Program-made: the position numbers and the translations under genes
Notes under the pieces: model-generated
What the model was told of the DNA's origin: nothing
The model's input: only the letters and a program-made list of their open reading frames with translations
Database searches by the model: none
Assembly (NCBI GenBank): GCA_000182565.2
Contig: KQ257466.1
Reading direction: 5' to 3' (one strand)
DNA length: 64,000 nt
Origin: Spizellomyces punctatus DAOM BR117
Lineage: Eukaryota
In this document: positions 25,721 to 36,740 of the stretch, one piece after another
How the letters are laid out: every line of letters starts with the position of its first letter
How positions within the stretch are numbered: position 1 is the first letter of the stretch

Positions 25721-27607
25721 CTAAGCTACGGCTGGAACACTCCTGCTGAACACTTCTGGTCTACTGTGTCCATCCAACATTGATTGCACGATTATCAGCA
25801 TATTGCAGGTGCTCAGCGTATCTCGATTCCAGTAGCGCATCGTCCAGGCTTGCTGACAGTTAGGGTTGGTACAACCCAGCAATCCATGGACTTTTTCAAT
25901 CTTGCCTTCTCGTCGTCGCCAAGGTCTTGAATGAGGTCGTGTTTTGAAACCTTTTTCAAGGAAGTCATCGGATGAACAGTGAGGGCAGACAGATGAGGTT
26001 TTATACTCATCGAGAAGGAAGCAGTTGATCCTGTTGCGCTTAAAGAGGGTGCGCCAACCTTTCGTCTTTGATGAGGTCTGAAATCTTGCAGTTCGACCGG
26101 CATCGCTCCAATCTCCCATCACAATGGTAAAGTTTTCACCGTACTTGTTGCGTAAGTTGGATATGAGGTTCGATTCACTCTTCTGACGGTTTATAAATGC
26201 ATGCCACTTCCACCGCGTGTGGGCAGGATGCGAATAGAAGTCCTTGCGGCGGTTCCAGTCGGCACGGCGAACGAGGAGATAGCGAGTAAAGTCCATGAGG
26301 TTCATCGTCTTGTGAGATGGTATTCGTGATTCTATGAGGTCAATACCGCCGGCTTTCATCCGCTGCCGTTCTTTTGCAAATCGACGGCTTCCAGTCTCCA
26401 CGGCTCGCTGGTTGGCGGTGTAGCGAAACGTACCATTGCCGTCTTGGCAGTAGAGAATGTCACGCTTGTTTGGGTCGATAACAATGACATTCTCTGCTGC
26501 TCGACAAGCAGGTAAGTTTTTCTCCACATAAAGCGCCGTCACCTCAGCTGTAAGAGTTGTTGCTGACTTTTTCCCACCGCTGCGCTTCCCATACTTGTCT
26601 GCTTCTGGGTGCTTTAGGTATACAGACACCGAGGTTCCATCCGTGGTGATCGAGCCTTCAAACTGCATACCGCGGCGAGACCGAAAAGCTTTGGTACGTA
26701 GATTACAGATGCGCATCCATAAATCGACCTTCTCGACGGCTTCTGCGTCTCGCCGCGTGATGCAAAGGATATGAGAGTAGAGGATGACGGTGTCGATCCG
26801 CACATGGCTTTGGATGAGGGAGCGGCGAAGTGGGATTGCACTGAACCGTCGAAATCCATGCTTTTCATATAGGCTTGACAACCGACAGTAGGCAGGGAAG
26901 AAGGCGAGAGGGTCTACAGTAACTGAATATGCGAGCGGCTTGTCTTGATCAGGAAATGGCAGGTTAAGTGTCCACATCTCTTCTAGAAGCTCACTCTCTT
27001 CAGCGGTCAAGTCATCCAGCGACTCGGGCATGATATCAAAAAGAAAAACTGACTTTAAGTAGCGTAGCCGAGTAAAGAAAGCTTTTCGCGCATCACTTTT
27101 CGGGGGCAGTCGCTGCTTGTGTCCCTTCACGTCGAGCCGCAGATTAATGTACCGAAGGAGCATCTGCATGAAATGTTCTTGAACGTTGACTTTCAGGTTT
27201 GTCATCATACTCGCTGTCAGGTAATTGATTGACTGCTGCTCGCCGTGTAGGTTTGGATGAGGAAAATCAACGATGCGGCAGTACTGTTGAACATATGGCA
27301 GCAAACAATCCCGCCGTGCCTTCTTTGCTTCCTTTCTTGGATGCCAAGCCTCCCCCTTGTTGAGAAGATAGAGAATTGCTTCGATTGTATCTTCATTTAC
27401 CGTGGGAAAGGTTGGTGCAGATAGGATGTAGAATTTGAGAGCGTGGGAAGCGTGGTCGGCGAGTTGATGGATGATGGCGATGTAATCTAGAAGCCGTTGG
27501 TGGTAGGTCTCATTAGGCAGGAAAGCTTTTGCAAAGGAAGTTTTGTTGCAGGTATGTAAGGTGGGTTTGTCGAGTTTTTCAAGCTTTTGCTTTTTCTTTG
27601 GCGGCAT
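25721..27607 (-). CDS. Fz1: Fanzor1 RNA-guided DNA endonuclease (TnpB/Cas12 superfamily), SpuFz1-like, 628 aa
   Basis: N-terminal NLS-like PPKKKQK. RuvC-I VIDPNKRD, Fanzor-type RuvC-II LLDEYKTS, Zn finger CPHC...CTNPNC, RuvC-III WNRD. ITTDGTSVSV motif. Intronless in an intron-rich genome. Confidence 0.95.
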   Translation of the reverse strand: MPPKKKQKLEKLDKPTLHTCNKTSFAKAFLPNETYHQRLLDYIAIIHQLADHASHALKFYILSAPTFPTVNEDTIEAILYLLNKGEAWHPRKEAKKARRDCLLPYVQQYCRIVDFPHPNLHGEQQSINYLTASMMTNLKVNVQEHFMQMLLRYINLRLDVKGHKQRLPPKSDARKAFFTRLRYLKSVFLFDIMPESLDDLTAEESELLEEMWTLNLPFPDQDKPLAYSVTVDPLAFFPAYCRLSSLYEKHGFRRFSAIPLRRSLIQSHVRIDTVILYSHILCITRRDAEAVEKVDLWMRICNLRTKAFRSRRGMQFEGSITTDGTSVSVYLKHPEADKYGKRSGGKKSATTLTAEVTALYVEKNLPACRAAENVIVIDPNKRDILYCQDGNGTFRYTANQRAVETGSRRFAKERQRMKAGGIDLIESRIPSHKTMNLMDFTRYLLVRRADWNRRKDFYSHPAHTRWKWHAFINRQKSESNLISNLRNKYGENFTIVMGDWSDAGRTARFQTSSKTKGWRTLFKRNRINCFLLDEYKTSSVCPHCSSDDFLEKGFKTRPHSRPWRRREGKIEKVHGLLGCTNPNCQQAWTMRYWNRDTLSTCNMLIIVQSMLDGHSRPEVFSRSVPAVA

Positions 27608-27628
27608 GATGATTGGAATAGAAAAATG

Positions 27629-27709
27629 GATGAAAGCCTGGAAAATGGGCAGAGAATGATGAAAGCCTATCGGCAGAGAATGATGAAAACCTGGGAAATG
27701 GGCAGAGAA
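27629..27709. repeat. Three imperfect short repeats (GATGAAAGCCT...GGCAGAGAA) in the Fanzor 5' leader
   Basis: ggcagagaa and gatgaaa(g/a)cct each recur three times. Confidence 0.8.
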
Positions 27710-27715
27710 GGCGGG

Positions 27716-27724
27716 TTTATATAG
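27716..27724 (-). promoter_or_regulatory. Candidate TATA box for Fanzor
   Basis: Minus strand CTATATAAA about 110 nt upstream of the ATG at 27607. Confidence 0.4.
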
Positions 27725-27741
27725 AGATATGACAACTGCGC

Positions 27742-27894
27742 ATTGGACCCGTTTTTCAATGGTGGAGCAACTGCAGAATATTCAATTCGTTCATTGCCGC
27801 ACATATTGGACCCGTTTTTCAATGGTGGAGCAACTGCAGAATATTCAATCCGTTCATTGCCGCACATATTGGACCCGTTTTTAATGGTGGAGCA
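27742..27894. repeat. 63-bp tandem repeat, about 2.4 copies
   Basis: attggacccgttttt starts at 27742, 27805 and 27868, and the units are nearly identical. Confidence 0.92.
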
Positions 27895-28186
27895 TCGTTT
27901 GTGCATCGAACCATTATCAAATCATAGTTCATGAGTCTAAATCGAGTAAAATTATATGAATAGGTTGATCGAGTTTGCATTCGCCAATGGATATTAACAC
28001 ATTGCTTCTATCACACGCTAGCAAAGGTTCTTTGTTCGTGTAGAGATCAACCTCTTTGACTGTGGATGCTCACACAGATGTGGTTACGTAATAAACGCCC
28101 CAGAATCATTTCCTTTTTCTCTTGATTCTATTTTGTCTTACTTCTATAGTAGTGGAGGGCGCTCATACTTGAACACACACACACAA

Positions 28187-28921
28187 ATGTTTACAGGCCA
28201 TATTGCCCTTGGGCTTTTCCTCTACTCCCTCTATCCATCCCTTCCCCCCGAGATCCCCCTCGTGGGCTCAGCATTCATTGATCTAATCAATGGCATCTTG
28301 CTCTTGTTATCCGTGGATCGCATCTCACCTGCCCCTCACCTCTCCCTCGGCGTGACCCTCGATTTCATCGACTATGATCATTCCTTATTGGCATGCATTG
28401 CATGGGGGGCCATGTATGCTGTCATGGTTCGCACGATGGTGAACAAGGAGCACCGCAACACGGCCGCTTTGCTTGCGTTTGGCGCTGTCGTGTCACATTG
28501 GGTCTTGGATTACTCTGTGCATCAAAAGGATTTGGCAATGTATCCCGGGTCGACTCTCAAATTTGGGACAGAGTTGTGGGAAACACATCCCTGGAGTGCT
28601 TGGTCGATGGAAGCAGTCTTTTCGCTTGGGTTGTGGGCGGCAACCGCTAAAAACCTCAGGCTGGACAAAAGCAAGTCTCTCAAGATGGCATGCGTTTTGG
28701 GACTCCTTCATTTGAATATCGTCCCACCACCCGGAGTGAATCCGATGCACATCATGGTGCACAGAGTGGATACAAATTGGTTGCGGCCGATCGGCGGCAT
28801 TGCGATTTTTTCGAGCTTTTTGATTGCGACATTGGGAATGTCAAAGGTCTTGAGGCAGTGGAGTACGGCTCACAACGTGAAGGAAGCGATAGCCAAGGCG
28901 CGAGTGAAAAAGACTCGCTAG
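28187..28921 (+). CDS. Membrane protein resembling YdjM/DUF457 metal-dependent hydrolases (intronless)
   Basis: MFTGH, IDL, DHSLL and SHWVLDxxVHxxDL motifs with several hydrophobic helices. Confidence 0.6.
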   Translation: MFTGHIALGLFLYSLYPSLPPEIPLVGSAFIDLINGILLLLSVDRISPAPHLSLGVTLDFIDYDHSLLACIAWGAMYAVMVRTMVNKEHRNTAALLAFGAVVSHWVLDYSVHQKDLAMYPGSTLKFGTELWETHPWSAWSMEAVFSLGLWAATAKNLRLDKSKSLKMACVLGLLHLNIVPPPGVNPMHIMVHRVDTNWLRPIGGIAIFSSFLIATLGMSKVLRQWSTAHNVKEAIAKARVKKTR

Positions 28922-29213
28922 AGAGACATTTCTTTTTTTATAGGATCAAGGTAGACTATAGTCCAGTATCCGGGTTTGTGATTGCATCATTCTCGGTACT
29001 ATCTGCATTAGCAATTTCTTGCTCTAGCAGTCTCTGTCGCAATTGTCGGGACGCGAAAGAAGCGGTAGCCAAGGCGCGAGTGAAAAAGACTCACTAGGGA
29101 GATCAAGATAGATTATAGGCTAGTATGCTTGATTGTGTTTAGTTCGCTCCCGGTACTATCTGCATTAGCAATTTCTTGCTCTAGCAGTCTCTGTCGCAAA
29201 TGTGCAATTGTCG
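28875..29213. repeat. Imperfect ~170-bp tandem duplication across two convergent gene ends
   Basis: 28875-28921 is similar to 29051-29097, and 28994-29042 equals 29151-29199. Confidence 0.85.
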
Positions 29214-29958
29214 AATCTCTCGCTTTGATCAGTCGCTCAGCCTTTTCAAGCGTCAACCCAGAATACCCTTTGGTGGGAGATGGCAGTGACGGATTGGCGG
29301 TTAGCGGCCCTGACCCCGCACTCTCCAGGCGCTGCCGCAAATGGTCTACAGTGCTGTCTTTGGCTCTCAACAGTTTTTCAGCCTTTTCGAGTGTCATACC
29401 TGTCGCAGTCACAACAGGCTGAGCAGGTGAAGGAGAGACCTGGCGAGGACGGCCTATCCATCCGCCCAATTCCAGCACCTCTTTGGTGACCTGCTCAATG
29501 TGCCTGAATCTTGCACTTCCCAACAATACCCCTCCATACCACCGCGAAACAATAACAACAACATCAACGACTTGAAATTGTTCTAAAATTTTGGCAATTT
29601 TAGAGCCCGCCCATTTTTCGCCGTCGTCGTCGTAACCAGATACGACACCAAAGTCGTCAGGTCCCTCCAATCCGGTTTTTCCGGGTTTAAGAGAGAGATA
29701 CCTCCATGCCCTAATATTATGGGATGCATTTTGGGTTGCTTTGGAGCTTGTTATCGTTTGGGTGAGACGGGAGAGATCTTGGGGTGAGCGGACTTCTGCA
29801 GCATGTGCGACAAATGTTGACTTTCTGTCACTTATCGAAGAGGACACAAAGATGGTTGGCGGTGGGTTCGTGTTTGTTGCGGGGAGTGCGTCATGGCTTG
29901 TCCTTGGTCTCTTGTCATCCTGAGGTGATGAATGACTGTCTGGCAGCGAGCGTTTCAT
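29113..29958 (-). CDS. IMPACT/YigZ (UPF0029) family protein without RWD domain
   Basis: DRKSTFVAHA, ASHNIRAWR, DDDGEKWAG and VSRWYGGVLLGSARF motifs, plus a duplicated C-terminal helix (TLEKAExLxxAxDSTxxHLRQRL). Confidence 0.85.
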   Translation of the reverse strand: MKRSLPDSHSSPQDDKRPRTSHDALPATNTNPPPTIFVSSSISDRKSTFVAHAAEVRSPQDLSRLTQTITSSKATQNASHNIRAWRYLSLKPGKTGLEGPDDFGVVSGYDDDGEKWAGSKIAKILEQFQVVDVVVIVSRWYGGVLLGSARFRHIEQVTKEVLELGGWIGRPRQVSPSPAQPVVTATGMTLEKAEKLLRAKDSTVDHLRQRLESAGSGPLTANPSLPSPTKGYSGLTLEKAERLIKARDSTIAHLRQRLLEQEIANADSTGSELNTIKHTSL

Positions 29959-30786
29959 TTGGGTCCCTCAAAAAATGCCCCACCATCACCTAGAGCTCCT
30001 TTAGGCTGCTTTCCTGAAGGTTACGGCATCATGACTCAGAACATGACTCATCATTACTCATCCACTCTCACGTGAGATATCCCCTCCAATCACAGCCTCC
30101 CAACTGTCCCCACCACCAACTAGCAAATGATCCACGAGGACTCCATGGGCCCACACAGCAAGCCAAAAACACACCACCCACTAAAACAAAACGCCCCCCC
30201 CCCCACAGAGACACAAAAATCAAAATGTCCGCAAGTTGCAAAGTGTCCAGTCATTCTAGTCCAATGGAGCCAACGAGAGGGATCGACAGTCCAGATCGCC
30301 CCTCCGACTGCAAAATCTTTATGTGCAAACCAGAGACCTGGAACTCGGTCCATATGAAACGCTGATCAATGACACATGATACCAAAGTATGGGGTTAAAC
30401 TTCGGAGGGCTTACATAGAAAATGACGACCATGACGTCACTAGTTACTATAAAATTTCGTTTGGATTCCATGGCAATAGAGAGAGGGAAAATCGTTGCCG
30501 ATCACTTGTAAGGAACGTCCCGTTTTTCTCACCCTTTCAAACGGAGGAGAGAGTGTGGGAAAAAGAAAAAGGTTCACCGGAGGGGATTTGCCTTTTATTT
30601 ATACATTAATAATAGCAGAGGGTTTAAGACGGCGGTTCCGCCAGTGTTTCTGTGCTGTTCTAGGGTTTTCTTTTTTTTAGAAGGGTTGTTCTTTTTTTGT
30701 ATTTGAGCTGGGATGCAGTTTAGGAGGAACAAAAGTTTAGAGATGCTATAACAGTAGATTCTATTTTTTTTTTCTTTTGAAGGGAG

Positions 30787-33700
30787 ATGGAACAAGAAAC
30801 GGAACACGATACAGTCGAAGGGCCGGTCGATACTACACAGGTTGATACAGCTGTCTCCCCATCCGTCGCCAATGATCCGGTCCTCGCAGCAATTCAATCC
30901 GCAGGTGTTGCCCCCGTGCGGTTCAGATCAGCCTGCGATGCATGCAGAGCGAGAAAAGTCAAATGCACTCCCATACAATCAAATTCACCTCCCACCACCG
31001 ATAATCCACACGATGCCCCAACCGGTGAACCTTGCGGACCTTGTTGGAGAAATAAGCGAGAGTGTTCATTTGGGATTCGACAGGCTCGCAGACCTTCGGG
31101 TCCCAAACCGCTCATTCATCATGGAAAGAAACGGATGGGTCCTCGTGCACGCCTGTCTGCAGATCTTCGAGCAAAGATTAAAGATGCAGAGACAAGATTG
31201 CGAGATTTGCAGATTCAGCGTTTGGTAAAATAAATGAAATGGCGATTGTGTCTACTCGGCTTGTAACTTTTTCTTTGCTAATGACTTTTTTTTTTTTTGT
31301 TTTACGATAGACGAGCGACAAACCCGGTACGCGAACATCTGCAGATGATAAAATCGCTAGCCTCGGGTTGTCAACCGACCCTCTCTCCCCAACATCCCCA
31401 TCTTGGAGCAATACCCCGCCAATGGAATTGATTGAAACACTTTCCAATCGGTTCTTTAATGTGAGGATGCAAATGCAGCTATTCCAAGTATCCTTTTCCA
31501 TTTTTATTCACCCTTTTTTCTTTCTTTTCAAAGACATGGTACAATACGGTCCCAAACATCTTTCTCCACCGCCGAACCTTCCTCGCCACTCTCCATCAAC
31601 AACCCGACTACCTTTTATACGCCGTTTGCGCCCTGAGTGCCTGGAGACATCCACCATCACCAGCATCAGATGGGGAAATCTGGACAGCCCAAATGTTTTT
31701 CAAACTAGCTCGAAAAAAAGTACATAATTTAGTCGACAAGCCGAGCTTGGCTGCAGTGCAGGCTCTCATATTATTGGGAACATTTGCGGGATGTAAGTAT
31801 ACCCTTTATTTTGTCGGGTTTTTTTTTGCATTGGGGTGCTGCTTGACTCGTGTTTTGGTCGCTGATGTTTTACGAGGTTCACCAGCGGATACTTACTCTT
31901 GTATCTTGTAATTTTTTTTTAAAATGTTTCCCTAGGCACGGGAAAACGTGAGTTGCAGCGATCAACATGTTTGTGTATCGCGAATTCGCACCCTTGACTG
32001 GTGGAACTTTTTTGTAGCATCTCTCGGATTTCGCTACTGTACAATGTCCACGCACATGGCCATGGCTCTCGGTCTCGATTCTCCCGTCGCATCGCCATCC
32101 ATGAGCGATCCTATCTCCGCTTGGTTGGAACGTGAGACACAAGCTCGGACGTGGTTTGCATGCCTTCATAACGAAGTTTGTTTAAAAATGTGGACAAATC
32201 AGGACCATGTTTCTGCTTTGTCTGACCGGCTGCAAGCGGGACAGAAACTTGCGCGGGAAGATGTTTGGCAAGAGGGTAAACCCCGTGACGACGACACAAG
32301 AGATTTTTGCATGTTCGACGCTACACTGCTCCTTTTACGAGGTCACGCTGAGACCGTCCGGGTTTTTGGGATTATTTCAAGGTGACAGGACGACTTACCC
32401 GTCACGGANNNNNNNNNNNNNNNNNNNNNNNNNNNNNNNNNNNNNNNNNNNNNNNNNNNNNNNNNNNNNNNNNNNNNNNNNNNNNNNNNNNNNNNNNNNN
32501 NNNNNNNNTCGCTCAGTGAATCCCCGGATTCCGACATCACCCCAATTTTGACACCCACCTCAAACGACTACCGAAATTTGGCGCAAAGTACCCACGAACG
32601 ACTTCACAAGTGGTACACAACCTCCACCCTGGATTCAGAATATACTTCCCAAATCATTAAAGGGCAAGAATGATGTGACATATTCAGTCGATTTGGCTAG
32701 CCAGGACCCGCCATGCTGGCATGCGGCCGTCCTTATCATATATTATTTGACATTACTGATTTCGGTGGATTATCCTGAGGTGATGGCTGGTTGGTATTCG
32801 TTCACGTAGTGGTAGATGACAAACACAGGATAAGCTAACATGCATGAATTAGAAATACGTACCGACCCGATGGGAGCGCCAAATACGGGCGCGGCCTACC
32901 GAGCCTGCCAACAAGCTACCGACGAGATGGGCATACTTTTAGAAAGCCTCCTGAGCGTGGACGATACGCTGACACATATTGCATCTGGGACGATTCTTCC
33001 TGTTTTTCTTTCTGGACTGGTATGATCCGAAAAACTAACCTGTGTATCAGATTGGATCCCCACTTCCTAACCTATGAACAAAAAAACAAAATCCAGTGCG
33101 CAGTAATATTCCTCAAACTCTCCCCACGAGCCGAAACGTACCTCTCGATGCAAAACCATCTCCGAGCACTCGCACTACACGCAAAAACCTATGTCGTTGC
33201 CGCGAAACTACATTCCCAACTTTGCCACATGGTTCAAAGCTTACTCGACAAAACTGTGCTGGACACGCACGAGTTGCATGGCGCACGCGGTGCATTAGTA
33301 GAGTTGGAAGATCAAGGACAATGGGGACCCGTCATCGGACTGGGTATCCTTGGAAAGGAGCAACTTGGCAAAGACAGCGGAGTGGATACCAGTGGGGGAA
33401 TGGCTGATCATGTACTTGCCAAATGTTTGAGGGAGTTCAGCCCGGGCACCACTGATACTCTTCTTTTCTCGCCTACTGAATATCAGAACGATTCGCGTAC
33501 ATCTCAATACGTATCTTCCCACGATTCGTCCAACGATTCCAGCAAATCGCCACCATCTGAATACCCGCCTGATTCGACATCCACATGGACAGGCTACAAC
33601 CATTCACCCTCATCGTACACCATGGATAATTACACACCGGGCGTGAATTGGGTATCAGATCCTAATGGTGCCGCGTATAGGGGCTTGAATACTCGACATG

Positions 33701-33831
33701 AGGACGGAGTATACGACCCACCACCGGAAATGAACATGTCGACGTCGTCTTTTGGGGCGAACAAGTCGAATGATGCGACTTCTGGATATAATGATAGCAT
33801 GGATGGTCTGTGGGAGTCACAAACCAATTGA
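30787..33831 (+). CDS. Zn(II)2Cys6 fungal transcription factor, multi-exon, spans an assembly gap
   Basis: ACDACRARKVKC...CGPCWRNKREC. Fungal-trans-like segments PSLAAVQALILL, MAMALGLD and ERETQARTW. Confidence 0.8.
32409..32508. other. Assembly gap (100 N)
   Basis: Run of n. Confidence 1.
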
Positions 33832-34866
33832 CAAGTCATAAATTCTGTATCTACTCACGGCATCACTTGAATGCTTTTTAGAATGAATAACTGCTGGGCC
33901 AATAGTTTAGGCTTATGCTAGGATTTTTTGAAATATAAATGCATTTTAGGAATTGCAAATGGTTGGATATTTACATGTGTGTGTTCATAAAAGGAGTGAT
34001 AGAGAAAATCTAGAATATGGCTTTGCACTGCTCAACCCCACTCTACAGGTGGATCCAAGTTCTTCCATCCTTCTGGCGGGGGAGGACGCAAGCTAGGCGG
34101 CACCTTATCCAAAGAAGGAAACCCCGCCGGAAGTTTACAAAAAGCCCTTGTTGGCTGTACGTAAGGTATCCACTCTATAAAAACCCCACCTCAGAAAATC
34201 CCGCACACAACACGAAAATTGCGGACTGCACATACCTCCAATTTCACCAACGCTAACTCCAAATGTCCCATACGCAGCATAATGAATCTTGACCATTCTT
34301 TGATGTTGTGTTCCCTTTAGATGCTGTATATAATGTCAGTATGATGCCCAAACATGTTGCAGCACGGTCCATTTGATGTACCACCTTTTCTCGAGATGCG
34401 GGTGTGTCGGTGAAGGACCTGTCACAGTAATCGCAATAATCTATATAATCTAAGTCGGGGGGAACTACATGCGCCCAAGAGAAAGAACATGTACATACAA
34501 TTTCGTGTCATGTTCATTCGCAAGGCCAAAACTAGCGATAACGTTGTAAACTGGGCAAGCACTTACGAGATGATGATACAAATTCCAGTGTTTCAAACCA
34601 GTTTAGCCCAAATGTTTATATTCGATTCAAATCCATTTACTCATTGCATTTGAAAAGCACGCCAATGAAACCCAGCCGTGGAAGGGTGTTGTCCCCACCT
34701 GTGGCTATTCTTGCAAGTGTGTGTTTTTTTTTAGGTTTTTTTTTTGTGGTGGTATTCCTCGCTCGGGCTTGTACACGTCGTATTTTTAATACCGACGGGG
34801 CATATAAGCATCTCGACTACATTGGTTTTACTTGCACAAGCATCGTACAACACTACAACAACAAAC

Positions 34867-36496
34867 ATGGCTAGCACTTCTTTTGATCGCTGCAAGATCT
34901 TGGATAATATCCTTGAGCATATTGGGGGTACGCCCATGGTGCGTTTGAACAGGGTAACAAAGGACGCTGGTTTGGAATGTGATTTGGGTGAGTATTTTTG
35001 ATTGTTTCGGCATCTTTTGTGGTACTAGTTTGGCTGAGATTGAGAATGTATTTTTAAGTGGCCAAATGCGAGTTTTTTAACGCGGGTGGGTCAGTTAAGG
35101 ATCGTATTGCCAAGAGGATGGTGGAAGCTGCTGAACGGGATGGAAAGTTGAAGGTATGTTGAGAGAGGCCATTTTGTGTGGTCTGTTGATGAAATAATGG
35201 GAAAAATCACTCATTGTATTTGTGGATTTATTTTTTTAGCCCGGATATACGCTCATCGAACCTACTTCTGGCAACACAGGAATTGGTCTTGCCCTTGCCG
35301 CCGCGGTGAAAGGCTACCGCGCCATCATCACACTTCCTGAAAAAATGTCTCAAGAGAAAGTCGACGTTCTTAAAGCCCTTGGCGCGGAAATCATTCGTAC
35401 ACCTACTGAAGCAGCGTGGGATGCCCCCGATTCGCACATTGGCGTGGCGAGACGGTTGAACGCTGAAATCAAAGAATCTCTTATCCCAGATCAGTATACG
35501 AACCCGAATAACCCATTGGCGCATTATGAGGGAACAGCGGAGGAGATTATTGCTCAGTGCGGGGGACAGGTGGATATGTTTGTGGCAAGTGCTGGGACGG
35601 GAGGCACGATTGCTGGAGTCGCGAAAAAGCTGAAAGAAAAGTTTCCGAATGTGAAGGTTGTCGGGATTGACCCGAATGGCTCCATTCTTGCTCAACCAGA
35701 GGCCTTGAACAAGGAAGGAATCCATTCTTACCAGGTGGAGGGTATTGGCTATGATTTTGTCCCCGAAGTGCTGGATCGACAGTATGTGGACGAATGGATC
35801 AAGACAGATGACAGAGAGTCCTTTTTGATGGCTCGCAGACTGATTCGCGAAGAGGGATTGCTCTGTGGTGGATCATCAGGAGCTGCTGTCGTCGGAGCTA
35901 TCAAAGCTGCCAAGAGTTTGAAACCTGGACAACGCTGCGTGGTCCTCTTGGCTGACTCTATCCGGAACTACATGACAAAACACTTGAATGAAGATTGGAT
36001 GAAATCTCACGGCTTTATCGATGCCACGACCGAAAAGATTGAGGCAGACAAGAAATCCCAATGGGGTGGTGCAACCATTAAAGGATTGAATCTCCCGGTC
36101 GCTGTCACAGTCCCTGAAACGACCACCTGTCGCGAGGCAGCCCAAGTTATGCAATCTCGTGGATTTGACCAGCTCCCCGTCACCTCTTCGACATCAAGTA
36201 AGCTTGTTGGATTGGTAACTCTAGGAAACCTCCTCGCCAAAGTCGCCTCTGGGCGCGCCAGACTTGAAGATCCCGTAACAAAAGCCATGTTTACATTTAA
36301 ACAAAACAAGAAATTCACGGAATTCACTGTAGAGACGCCCCTGGAGAGTTTGAGCAGATTCTTTGAAACAAACTCGTCAGCGATCGTTACAGAGAACGTG
36401 AGTGGGGAGCTACAGGTTCGGCATGTGGTGACCAAGGTGGATTTGTTGGGGTACTTGATTCATCATTCTGGAGTAGAGGCTGTAGGGACTCGATAG
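34867..36496 (+). CDS. CYS4: Cystathionine beta-synthase with C-terminal CBS domains, 3 exons
   Basis: [40 protein letters not shown] and EGIGYDF motifs plus a CBS-domain pair. Confidence 0.95.
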
Positions 36497-36740
36497 GAGC
36501 AAACAGTAGTCTAGATGATACAAGATCATGTTAGAAAAAAATTATGTTTTGTGTAGCTAGCTTGCAATACAGAATAGCGTCTGATTCCCATTCAAACACA
36601 AGAGTTTTTGTTGTAATCCAGATTTTAGCAATCACCCGATATCACATTCACAAATTTCATACACAAGATCATATATCCCTAAAACAAAAAGCCGACTCCT
36701 ATATTCACATAACCCAATTAAAAAAATACACAAAATAAAA

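Larger units (their letters stand above)
25633..27730 (-). mobile_element. Spu-1-like non-autonomous Fanzor1 transposon; right end clear, left end uncertain
   Basis: Intronless Fanzor ORF, right terminus ending in TA, and no transposase ORF. The left boundary is a guess based on a minus-strand CATA at 27728-27731; no inverted terminal repeat is seen there. Confidence 0.7.

Noticed and set aside
27667-27934. Short ORFs with repeated 21-aa units on both strands
   Set aside because: A by-product of the 63-bp tandem repeat being a multiple of three.
28690-29097. 135-aa + strand ORF ending with the same peptide as the membrane protein
   Set aside because: Explained by the local tandem duplication; no independent coding signal.
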